From contig CM059432.1 in NCBI GenBank assembly GCA_030390025.1, forward strand, positions 55,554,001-55,618,000: 64,000 bases of DNA. Direction: 5' to 3'. The translations under genes and the position numbers were made by a program. This document shows positions 39,401 through 50,659 of this stretch, piece by piece (the first letter of the stretch is position 1; every line of letters starts with the position of its first letter). Source of the stretch: Squalus acanthias (lineage: Eukaryota). The notes beneath the pieces are model-generated. The model worked only from the letters and a program-made list of their open reading frames with translations, was not told the DNA's origin and searched no databases.

Positions 39401-41700
39401 ATTTGCCTGGATGAGTGTAGCTTCAGCAACACTCAAGAAGCTCAATATTATCCAGGACAAAGCAGCCCGCTTAATTGGCACCCCATCCATCACCTTAAAC
39501 ATTCATTCCCTCCACCACTGGCGTACTGTGGCTGCAGTGTGTACCATCTACAAGATGCACTGCAGCAACTTGCCAAGGCTTCTTCGACAGCACCTCCCAA
39601 ACCCGCAACCTCTACCACCTAGAAGGACAAGGGCAGCAGGCACATGGGAACACCACCACCTCCAAGTTCCCCTCCAAGACACACACCATCCTGACTTGGA
39701 AATATGTCGCCGATCCTTCATCTTCGCTGGGTCAAAGTCCTGGCACTCCCTCCCTATCAGCTCTATGGGTGTACCTTCACCGCACGGACTGCAGCGGTTC
39801 AAGGCGGCGGCTCACCACCACCTTCACAAGGGCAATTTGGGATGGGAAATAAATGCTGGCCATGCCAGCGATGCCCACATCTCAGGAATTAATTTTTAAA
39901 AAGCAGACTCAGAGGCGCTGTCAGCACCTGTTAAAGGGACACAGACAACTTTCAGGTAAGTTTACTTTTAAGCTTTTGGACTGGGTTTTACTGATTTTAC
40001 TGAAGTAGTGGCTTGCTGCAATAGATGTTAAAAATGTGTAGGGGAAGAAGACAGGAAAAAGCTGCAAATACTCAGCAGATCAGGTAACATCTGTGGAGAG
40101 AGAAACAGAGTTCACATCTCAGGTCAAGCTGCTGCCTGACCTGCTGAGGATTTCCTGCATTTAGGCTGTCATTTCAGATTTATAGCATCCGCTCACAGAG
40201 GGAAGAGGAAGACGCAGAAGAGGAAGAAGCCAGAGAGGAGGAATCAGAAGAGAAGGAAGCCAAAGAGCAGGAAACAGAAGAGGAGGAAATAGAAAAGGGG
40301 GGAGCAGAAGGAAGGATGCAACCCAGACAGACCCTTTCTGGCCGGGATATCCGGGGTAGAATCATCCGACTGCGGTACCAGTGACCACAACTCCAATTCC
40401 CCTTTCAACATTTGTCCCACACCTTACCTTCCCTCTGTTACTGACCATCACAGTGTCCTCTTGGCCACGATGCTGAAATAAAGCCACCACAAAGCAAGCT
40501 TTCCAATCCAACATCTATCCATCCAATATGACATCAAGAAATCAACTCAACACCCATATGCATTCTCTTCGTGAGTGTCTTGTGTGTGCCTTTGCCTATC
40601 CTACTGATGTCATGCAGTGCTACCCCAGTGCCTGCAGCATGGCTGGTGGAAGGCTGCTGACTTTCACTTCAAATGGCCTTGCTGGTTGACATTGAGGAGC
40701 TGGTGGCTGGGAGTGTCAAATCGAGTGACGGTGTTTCTTTTTCTTCTTCACTCTCCTCTTCCTCTTCTTGGCCAACCAAGGCTGCATTTCTTGGGTATGT
40801 GAAGTGAGGAAGGCACAAGGGTGGGGTTCTGGTGAGGGGAGGGCGGGAAAGCAAGAGGTGCATGCCAGAAGGAGGATAACGTATGAGGATACCAACATCT
40901 TGTATCCTTTCTGCCCCGCCGCTGGCCAATGGCTCAGCCATGCCCCTGCCAAGTATGGCCTGCACCGTCTCTTCCAAGGGGGTGAGGTGAGGCTCGGAAT
41001 GGGAGGTGTGCCTCGTGATTGGTACAGATTGTTGGCAGGTGAGTGATTGAGGGGGAGGGGAGTTGTGCATTGAGTAGTGTGTGAGGCTAGTGGTGCAGTT
41101 GGTAGGAGACAGCTTTTGAAGATGCATTCACTGACCATGACTAGTGGTCTAAGGTCATGAAGTTTCTTTGGGCATTGGAGCCTCGGTGATGTGGTCCCAC
41201 ATTGTTCTTTCTGGAGGGCCTCCTGGCCCCTGTGGGTAGAGGACCTGTCTTGCAGAGTTGACCCCCTGCACGAAGCTGGAGTGCTGCATGCGAGACACTG
41301 GGGCTCCTTCCCTGGCTTGCTGAGCCATTTGTGTTAGTGCTGAGGCAGTTTTCCCGTTTTTTGAGGTTCGGAAGGGAATTCAGCTTTAAGTGCTGAAGAC
41401 TGCCATTTGGGAATTATTTTTAATGTTAATTTTTTTTTAAAGGCATTTTTTCATTTAATTTTAATTTTTATTAGTTCTGAAGGCAATGCCCTTTTAATTA
41501 CGCACAATTCCTGGTGAACTCCAGAGGCTGTTAGAAGCTGGAACGCCAGTTCAGGACAGGAACTTCGACTTCCTTGGCTGCATTAACGCCATCAGGAGGG
41601 CCTTACACAGTAAGTTAGTGCTGGGCTGAAATTTTTGGCCTCCAGTGCGAATTTTTCCCTGGTAGCGCTTTGTCCATTTTCAGCGGCCGTTAACCCGAGT
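36422..41700 (-). mobile_element. Harbinger internal-deletion derivative with Myb/SANT-gene remnant, split by the LINE at 36660-39903
   Basis: TIR-like gggctaaaaatt at 36422. Segments on both sides of the LINE (36560-36655, 39905-41350) are homologous to inverted 48590-49620. Remnant peptides VQGVNSARQVLYPQG..MWDHITE..QCPKKLHDL and LTPLEETVQAILG. Confidence 0.6.
36660..39903 (+). mobile_element. Near full-length Zenon-like LINE (single APE-RT ORF, few lesions) with tRNA-like head
   Basis: 557-aa ORF 36954-38627 followed by RT pieces to 39899. B box gttcgaatcc at 36701. The 5' 300 bp match 18040-18340 in reverse complement. Confidence 0.92.
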
Positions 41701-41711
41701 TGCCAGAGACC

Positions 41712-41915
41712 TTTTCAGGTTGGCAGGCTGTAACTAGTGGGGTGCCACAAGGATCAGTGCTTGGGCCTCAGCTATTTACATAAGAACATAAATTAGGAGC
41801 AGAAGTAGGCCATACGGCCCCCCGAGCCTGCTGCGCCATTCAATAAGATCATGGCTGATCTTTGTCCTCAACACCACTTTCCCGCCCGATCCACATATCC
41901 CTTGATTCCCCGAGA
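41712..41915. mobile_element. Small CR1 fragments (RT piece on plus, 3' tail on minus)
   Basis: gtaactagtggggtgccacaaggatcagtgcttgggcctcagctatttac followed by cataagaacata tail. Confidence 0.7.
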
Positions 41916-44005
41916 GTTAGCGATACCAAAAACCCAGCTGGAAGAGTCCCTTGCTATTTCTCGCAATGCCATTTTTAAAAATGCTTTTAATTATTTTGCT
42001 AGAAATAAAAAACAGAGCTAACATAGTCTTCCTACTGTGTTTATAATGTTGCTAACATATTGACCAGAGGAAATCATTTCTCTTCATCTTTAACCGTTTC
42101 ATGAAATCAAGCCTATAATTGAAATGTAAGACTGAAGCTTTATGCTTTACTATAGCTTTAAATTACTGTGTCTCCACTCTGCAGCAATATAGTTTAGAAA
42201 GAATATCTTAAAATTTCTAGTAAATTTATACACATTTGACTCGATATTTCTGGCCTGTCGGAAATATGGCAAAGTAATAATTCCACCTACCCACGCGACT
42301 CCACCGGGTGGGGGCCTAATTTTATGTGCAGGATGGGTTTAAGGCGGGATTCCCATTCCTGACTGGCAATTCGTAATTGTAAGGGAGGGAAATACAGTTC
42401 AGCTGCAATAGGCAGAAATTATCGTCCTTGGCTGAGGAGCCCAGGGCTCCAGGTCTGAGGGATCCAGTCTTCAAAAGGAGCATGATTCAGGAGTGTAGAT
42501 CTCTTTTACAGATAACATTTTTTCCATCTGATTTCCTGGGCCTGTTTCGATCGCCTGAGGGGGTTGCAGATGAATTATCCAGAGTATAATTGTTTTTTTC
42601 TGGGTTTTTTGCCTCTACCAGGAGATTACATGGCTGTGAGGGTGGGGTGGAGGGCGGAGGGAAGAAGGAAGGAAGTGTTTAGTCATGATGCTCCAGCCAT
42701 CATAATTGTGAGGCAGGCTTGATGGACCAGCTAGTCTTTTCCTGCCCGTCAATCTCGTATGTTCGGAAGTGCAGACAATGAACAGAGTCTCCTCTCATGC
42801 GTTCGAGATGGTGGATAAATTGGATAAGTCCAGGAACTGCATCTGCAACATAATGCAGGAGATTATGTCAGCTCATGCAGAATACCCTGGAGAGTGTAGC
42901 AGTCCAGGCTTCTGCCGGAATAAGACTCCACAAGGAGGTTCTAAAGGTAGTCGTTGCTTCCGAGTGGCAGCTACAATTGCTTCCGTAGATTCCTTGCACA
43001 CCACCCTTCGGGGCAGCATAGCTAAGGGCTTTTAATTGGAACATTTATGATTGTTCTCATGCAGACCAATAGCCCAAATGAGCCTGTGCTCAGCACTAGA
43101 GGGCTTCAAGGAGTGGTCGCAGTTGTCGCTGTTTCTTATGATAGTGACAATGCAACTGCTTCATTCCAGGCCCCTCCAATGCCAGCACAGAAGGGAGCTT
43201 CTGGCGACATCACACAGGAAGCAGATCCTGAAAGGACACGGGTGCCACCTCAGTTCTCGAAGGCTCCAGTGGTACAGTCTCAGCCACCAACCTAACAACT
43301 TCCTGACAATGAGGTACCACCATGTAGGAATCAGAGGATAGGTATCAGAGTGTGAAAAGCGTTTTAGGCACATGCAGTACATACAAACGTACAGAAATGT
43401 CGGGCAGGAAAAGACCAGATGGTCCATCTAGCCTGTCCCAAATGATGCACAAGGCATCACGATTCAGACGCTTCCCATCCTCCATTGTGGGTACTATGGT
43501 AAGAAATTGTAGTAGGACATAATGAAGTGACAATCAGTAAATATGGAAACCTTTTGCAGATTGGTGTTGTTCGTGGATTACTTTTATATAGGGCTCTATT
43601 TCTCTTTTTATTTCACAGTAACAGTTTGTGAGAAAGAAACTTGAATTTATAAAGCACCTCTCATGGCCATCAGGATGTCCAAAGAGCTTTACAGCCAATG
43701 AAGTATTTTGAAGTGTCTATGGGGGCGATTTTCTCACTGGAGGCGAGATGAAGGCGGGTTTCAGTTTGGGTGGGTTTGAAACCCGCCTCCACTGACAGTT
43801 TTCAAAAAAATTTAGATTTTCCCATGATTGGCCACTTGATTTCAGAGGTGTGGGATGCCCTTAGTCAATTAGTGTTTTGGGACTGAAACCCGCCTCTGTT
43901 GACAGCACTTTTCCAGTCTGATTTTATGGCTTCTTGCTGCCTTGGCTCATTCCACAGCATTTCTGCCTATGCTGCACCACCTGCAACATATTTTGAGAAA
44001 CCACT

Positions 44006-44190
44006 ATGTCCAATTCCAAGGCAAGGGCCTCCCCGAGGCTCTCGGATGAGTTGCTGCAAATGTTGTTTGAGGGGGTGACAGCTAGCATGGAGGTGCTCTT
44101 CCACTCATCTGGGAGGAAGAGGCCTGCCAAAAAGAGACCTCTGTGGGTACAGCTGGCAAGGGATATAACCTCCAGATCTGTGTGCAGATT
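44006..44190 (+). pseudogene. Harbinger Myb/SANT-like DNA-binding protein N-terminus (remnant)
   Basis: MSNSKARASPRLSDELLQMLFEGVTASMEVLFHSSGRKRPAKKRPLWVQLARDITSRSV fits the R-x-P-R-F-S...L...V....VLF...W..(I/L)A..V pattern of Harbinger trihelix proteins. Confidence 0.7.
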
Positions 44191-44499
44191 GGGAGACTGT
44201 TTCTGTGTATTGATGAAATGCCATCCCTGTTGGAAAGCATTAAAATGACTTGAAGCCAAAATGTTGGCATTATGGCATCTGTTCTTTCGCCTTAGGCAGC
44301 GCCACATTGCGGGCTCCGCCACACTTGCGTTGTCAGGTTGGTGGCCTGAGTGAAAGGAGGCCAGAGAGTCATGTCCATTGTCAATGATGTCCTAGGATGG
44401 AGCCAAGGACATGTGCCAACTTGGGCAACCTATGCAAATCTGGCCAGGATAAGTTCATCCCTTGTATCCCGGGCAGCTATGTGCTCACATGCTGCCGCT

Positions 44500-45864
44500 G
44501 CTGCTGGTCAATACACCGGCGCTCTGACCTCCTCCTGCTGCTCCTCCTCCTCCTCCTGCTGCTCCTCCTCCTCCTCCTCCAGATCCTCCTCCTCCTCCTC
44601 AGCCTCCTCCTCAGCCTCCTCCTCCTCCTCCTCCTCAGCCTCCTCCTCCTCATCTGAGGAGGGCTGGAACTGAGCCGCTTGCTCATCAGGAAGCTGCAAG
44701 CCACGACGCTGTGCAATGTTGTGCAGTGTACAGCAGACCACGACCATTCTGGGGACCCTGTATGGTGTATACTGCAGGGCTCCACCTGATCGGTCAAGGC
44801 ATCGGAAGCGCATCTTCAACAACCCAATGGTTTGCTCTGATGGACCTGGTCGAAGTGTGGCTGGTGTTGTAGCGCTCTTCAGCCTCATTAGCTGGCCTCC
44901 TGATCGGCGTCATTAGCCACTTCTTCAGGAGCCATCCGTTAAGTTGGTTTGGTGGATTGAAAAGCGGAGGAACACTAGAGTGCCGCTGGATGAAAGAGTC
45001 ATGGCAACTACCACAGAACTTGGCGCAAACAAGCAAGAACTACTTCTTGTGGTTACACACCAGCTGTATGTTGAGGGAGTGGAAGCCCTTTCGGTTGACA
45101 AAGATAGCTGGGTTGTGATGGGGCGCCCTAAGGGCCACATGTGTGCAGTCTATGACGTCCTGCACCATTGGCATGCCTGCCATATTTGCAAATCCAACCG
45201 AACAGGCGCTTATACTTGCTTGATCCCTTGTGAACTGGATGTAATTGTGGGCCTTAGCAAAAAGGGCTTCGGTAACCTGCGTGATGCAACTGTGGGCGGC
45301 CAACTGGGAGATGCCGCTGATGTCTGCTGATGATCCCTGGAAGGATCCTGAGGCAAAGAAGTTGAGTGCAGTGGTGACTTTGACAGCCACTGGTGAGGGG
45401 TGTCCACCCATTTCTCTGGGCACCAGGTCTTGCTGCAGCAGGCCGCAGATCTCTCGGACAACCTATCGCGAAAGTCTCAGCTTCCTTTGGCACTGCTGCT
45501 CACTCATGTTGAGGTAGCTCATCCTTTGTCTGTAAACCTTCTGTCGGGGGTATCTCCTGCAGCTAGGTGCCTCGATGCACTGGTGCCTTCTGCCCTGTGC
45601 AGCATCAGGTGGCTGAGCAGGAGGTTGGGGCTCCTCCTGATGTTGCTGCTGAGCTGCCTGGGCAGGAGGTTGGGGCTCCTCCTGATGTTGCTCCTGAGCT
45701 GCCTGGTTCTGCTGCTGCCCTGGATGGACCTCATCCTCATCTGAGGTCCATGCAGAAAGAAAACGAATGGTTCCTATGCTACTGGCAGATGCCTCCTTTG
45801 GGGAAGCGCTCATTGCAAGTGGGGAGAGGGTCTTCCAAGGAGGTCCCACAGTTGATTGGTTCAA
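44500..45864 (-). pseudogene. HARBI1-like DDE transposase, disrupted
   Basis: [79 protein letters not shown]. Has a stop, frameshifts and loss of the GDxGY motif. Confidence 0.92.
44528..44652. repeat. (CCT)n-rich trinucleotide microsatellite encoding the acidic transposase tail
   Basis: Visible cct/ctg repeats. Confidence 0.9.
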
Positions 45865-47203
45865 GCTGCAGCACCTCTGACTTCGGAAGGCCTTCTAAAA
45901 GTGCTCAGAGACCTTTTAAAGCCAAGGTTTGGCACCTGCAAGTAATCCTTGATGCAATAAGCGATGTCTTGTTAGACCTGCAGCAGTGAGGAGGCCACCC
46001 ACGAGTCAACCCACCAGGTTTACCTGGCGTGGTTCAGGAGGTGTGTGGAGCACGGCGAAATCATCGAAAAATCACGAGGGCCTCTCAAAATAGGCTTAGA
46101 GAGGCCCTTAATGAGCATTTAATGATCACAAGTATCGCTATGGCCAGCTGGAGGCGGGACCGTTTCCCGACCTCCAAAACCGGCACCGGCAAAATTCCGC
46201 GTAGGCGGGTTGGGGGCGGGTTCCAAACCCGCGCTCATTGAATCTGATTTTCCCGCCTCCAAACCCGCCTCCTCTGACGGCAGAAAATCGCCCCCAGGGT
46301 TGTTTTGTAAACAAATGCAGCAGTAAATTTGCATTCATCAAGGTCCCACAAACAGCAATGAGATGGATGAGCAGGATAAATGTTGGCCAAAACACCAAGA
46401 AATCTCCTGCTCTTCAGCGAATAGTGTCATGGGATCCTTTACATCTGCCTGTGGGAGCAGACAGCCTCCTGCACCACCTCCTCCCTCTCTTAGGCACCCT
46501 CGTCATGCTGAGGGGATTTATGGCCTCCACCTTCTTCCTCTCCATCTTCTGCAGATCGAAGGCCCAATCCTTCCCTAACTATAATTCTTGACACACTTGC
46601 TGGGCTGTACTGGAAGGCTCCCCCCAACCTATCCAGGCAACAAAAGCACAACTTCAGAATACGAATGGTCTGTTCAATAAGATGCGTGTAGCACACACGG
46701 CTTCATTGAAACTGCTGTCACTATCAGTCCTCAGATGACGTAACGGTGTCATCAGCTGTGGTTAAATTCGGTAACCCTGGTCTCCAAGCAACCATCCTGC
46801 GCACATTGCTTTGGGTGAACAATGGTGGCAACTTTGATTGTCGGAGAACAAAAGAATCATGGCAGCTTCTAGGGTGGCAAGTATTCATATGTAAAACGAT
46901 GTGGCTGGCATCACTCAAAGGCTGCATATTCAAAGAATGATAATCCTTTCTGTTGATGAAATTCAGGGTGTGTTCAGACACATGGGTGCCATGAATGACA
47001 CCCTGGACTTGAGGAGTCCTGCCACTCGATAAAATTCAAGTGCCCTTTGACTCTGATTTAGTGGATCCATGAGGTAGAAATCTGAGGCCTACCTGAACAA
47101 AACATCCTTCACCTGTTTAATGCAGTGGTGCACTGCTGATTGACTTATTAACTTAGGTCACCCGAGGCTGTCTGGAAACATCCAGTGACATAAATATTTA
47201 GAG

Positions 47204-47434
47204 AAGTCGCACAACACCAGGTTATAGTCCAACAGATTTATTTAATTTTACAAGCTTTCGGAGCTATCGCTCCTTCGTCAGGTAAGTTAGCAATGAGAGA
47301 ATCTCCCAGAATTCACAATTTAAACCCAGACGCTCCGAAAGCTTGTAAAATTAAATAAATCTGTTGGACTATAACCTGGTGTTGTGCGACTTCTCATTTT
47401 TGTCCACCCCAGTCCAACGCCGGCATCTCCACAT
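47204..47434. mobile_element. Penelope-like inverted pseudo-LTR remnant, same family as 25533-25755
   Basis: 64-bp perfect inverted arms 47201-47264 / 47332-47395, tail caccccagtccaacgccggcatctccacat, and 15-bp direct repeat cataaatatttagag at 47189-47203 and 47435-47449. Confidence 0.85.
47248..47285 (-). ncRNA. Minimal type I hammerhead ribozyme motif
   Basis: UUAC-CUGACGA-A-GGAGC(GAUA)GCUCC-GAA-AGCU-U-GUAA. Confidence 0.7.
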
Positions 47435-48197
47435 CATAAATATTTAGAGCTGTTGTTACTTTTACAGCCACTGACAAGATTTTGCCCCAGTAGAAAGTGG
47501 CTGAAAATCCCTTGCTAACAGCTGGCATAACTCACTTACTGCATCCAGCGGAAACTGTAGCCTTCTTACAAACTGTGGGGAAAATCAATATATGACCTCC
47601 TTCATCTATAGACCCTCTGGCGTGGGTATCTATGGATCTCGTGTTCAGGATTCTATCTTCTGCTCCTCCATGTCTTCATCATCTTCTTCCTCAAAAGGAC
47701 AGGAACAATGGAATTCCAAGACAGAAATCCATTGCTTCTTAAAATTAACTTACCTTTTGAAATTCTATGCAGAATGTAACAACTACCTTAGTTTACAAGA
47801 GGCTCAGATGTTGTCAGTCAATTCCAGGATTTAACATCTTACAAGTGTCAACAACAGCCTCCAATATGCTTTCCAGCTTTGGACACACCATACTAGTCCC
47901 AACACTACCATTTTTATATTGGCAGGAACTTGGCGGAAACTAATAAAAATCCCAGGGAGAAGAAGGTCACGCCCCCTCCTACACTGACATATGGTGGGGC
48001 AGGCTCAGGGCAGGCGGCAATAACAGCCAGCAACTTTGCTGGCGAACACAAATTTTTCCCCCATAGGTAGTGAACTATGTGTTCTGTTTTTGAACTCAGG
48101 GCCAGCCAGATTGACCAAAATGGACTTTTCCAGCCTTGTACATTTCTATGTTCCTATGACTCCTCCATAACACTCCAAAAAATATAAAGTATTTGTA

Positions 48198-49776
48198 GGT
48201 CTGGAAATGGCTGCAACGCTAAGCGAGTGAAATTGGCCTGGGGGACATGGAGATAGGTGGCCCAGCGCTCACCTTCCGTGAAACGCCGTTCTGGTGGCGT
48301 TGCTGGAGGGATCCGGGACGAAGTTCCTGTCCAGGTCCGGCGTTGCAGCTTCCCACAGCCTCTGTGAGCGAAACTGTGGAGCGCGCAGGGAATTGTGGGC
48401 AATGAAGAGGTCTGAGAATTAAAGGGGCCATGCACACTGAAGCAATACAAAATAAAATGCAGTGAGTCAATACATTTTTCAGCCCTTTCTGCCTTTTAAA
48501 AAATATTCAACATTTAAAACAAGTTCCAAATGTGAATATTCAGCTGTTAAAGCTGAATTACCTTCCTAACTTCAACAAATGGGAAAACTGCCTCAGTACT
48601 AACACAAAAGAAGCTTCATGACCTCAGACCACTGGTCAAGGTCAGTGACTGCATCTTCAAAAGCCGTCTCCTACCAATTGCATGACTAGCCTTACACACT
48701 GCTCAATGCACAACGCCCAATCACTCAACTACCAACAATCTGCACCAGTGACAAGGCACATCTCCCATTCCTAGCCTCACCCCACCCCCTTGGAGGAGAC
48801 GGTTCAGGCCATTCTTGGCAGGGGCATGGTTGAGCCCTTGGCCAGCGGCGGGGCTGAAAGGATACAAGATGCTGGTATCCTCATACGTTATCCTCCTTCT
48901 GGCATGCACCTCTTGCTTTCCCGCCCTCCTGTTAGCACAACTCCACCGTTGTGCCTTCCTTATTTCATACACCTAAGAAATGCAGTTTGTCCAGCCAGTG
49001 GGTCAACAAGAAGAGGCAGTCTGCCCAGCCAGTGAGACCGCAGGCGGATGATTCCATCCCGGATATCCCAGCTACAAAGGGGCTGTCTGGGATGCATACT
49101 TCCGTCTGATTCCTCTTTTTCAGCTTCCTCCTCTTCTGCATCTTCCTCTTCTGCATCTTATCTTCCCTCTGCAAGCAGATGCTGTAAATGTCAAATGACA
49201 GCATAAAATGCTGGAAATACTCAGTTGGCCAGGCAGCATGTCGACCTGAGATGTGAACTCTCGCCACGGATGTTGCGTGACCTGCTGAGTATCACAGAAT
49301 GTTCTGTCTTCTCAAAGGCCTTCATTCACCATCCGTGCCCTTGCAAGCATCCAGCAGCACTACCTACACACTTTAAAAACTTTTCACATCTATTGCAACA
49401 AGCCACCACTTCAATAAAATCAAAAAAAAAACATTCCAAACCCTTAAAGTCAAACTTAGCTGAATGATGTGTGTGTCCCTTTAAGAGCTGCAGATATCGC
49501 CACTGTCAGCCTGCTACCTGGCGTGCTTAGGACCCAGCGCTGAATTCAGCACTTGGGTCGAAGTTCGCTTTGGTGATGTTAAGTCAGTGTTGCACGCCAA
49601 TTGACGTCACTATGCCACCATTTTTTTCCCCAGGGCGTTGCCAGTTACCGGCAGTGCAAAGGGAGGGAGGAATATGGCAGTCACCACGGGATCAGCCACC
49701 GAAAGAGCAGCGGCCACCATTTTATCGCCATTTCGTGGCACTACAGAGTGGCAGTAAGTTGATGAATTTCTAGCCC
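48198..49776 (+). mobile_element. Harbinger internal-deletion derivative (inverted relative of 36422-41700)
   Basis: TIR-like ggtctggaaat / atttctagccc. ORF 48790-49035 is nearly identical to part of ORF 40669-41127. Confidence 0.65.
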
Positions 49777-49779
49777 TCT

Positions 49780-50330
49780 ATTCCTACAATTGATTTTCTC
49801 ACCAATTCCCTCTTAGAATTATGGATATTATCAGCCCTGGGTAGTCCATTCCCAACATTGATCACGCACTGTCTGAAATAGTTATATCTGAACTTCCCAT
49901 TTACCTTCCCTCTTCTGAGTTTCATCCCATGCTCCCTTGGTATCTTTCTCAAGCCCATGGTAAACAATTTCTCAGGGTTCAAATTGTCAATACCCTTAAG
50001 GATCCCTGCTCAGTTCCCTCTTCTCTAGTTTAAACAAACAAAGTTTCTCCTTGAGGTTCAGGTACCTGATGCAAGGTATAAGATGAGTAACCCTTTGCTG
50101 CACCTTATATAATGTCATAATGTCATTCCTCTAATTTGGTGACCAGAACTGTACACAGTACTCTAGATGGGAACAAACCAATACATTGATATCACATCTA
50201 GTGAATTGTGTTCTATTCCACACACTATACAACCCAAGATCCTATCTGCCTTATTTATTGCTACCAAACACTGCAGTTGTCTTCAATGATCTTCCACCAA
50301 TAACACCAAATCTTTTTTCTGTGCTGTATC
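49780..50330 (-). mobile_element. Old CR1 3' fragment
   Basis: EYCVQFWSP (gaccagaactgtacacagtactc on plus) and PEKLF...REHGMKL...RQCVINVGNGLP. Confidence 0.65.
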
Positions 50331-50659
50331 CAGTAGACTAACACCACGGTACGCCCTGTCATCTGTCCATTCAAATGTACTATGTCAGAAGTGCCAATGG
50401 ATTTTTCCATATTAATTGTGTCCACACCTGGTTACACTTGCCCTGCCACCTTTTTAATAGGATTTTCCAATCGACGTGACAGTCTGTGCCACTGCAGTTG
50501 CACGCTCTGGCCACTGGGTGACACTGTGGAGCAGGTGTACACGATGGCGCCGTGTATTTTCCTGCTCTCGGCTCTGAATTGGCACCATTTTGGATTTTTA
50601 ATGTGTGAGATGAGAAACCAGGTGAGTTTGTTCATTTTTATTTGTATTTTAAAATTTTG

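Larger units (their letters stand above)
43721..46295. mobile_element. Decayed autonomous-type PIF/Harbinger DNA transposon
   Basis: Perfect 14-bp TIRs gggggcgattttct / agaaaatcgccccc. Contains transposase and Myb-like gene remnants. Inserted into a SINE tail (43645-43720 continues at 46296-46450). Confidence 0.9.
46460..48062 (-). pseudogene. Second, older Harbinger transposase remnant with one TIR (aaatttttccccc at about 48050-48062)
   Basis: [66 protein letters not shown]. Confidence 0.8.

Noticed and set aside
44500..45864. Domesticated HARBI1 gene
   Set aside because: It has a stop, frameshifts, loss of GDxGY and flanking TIRs, which indicate a decayed transposon.
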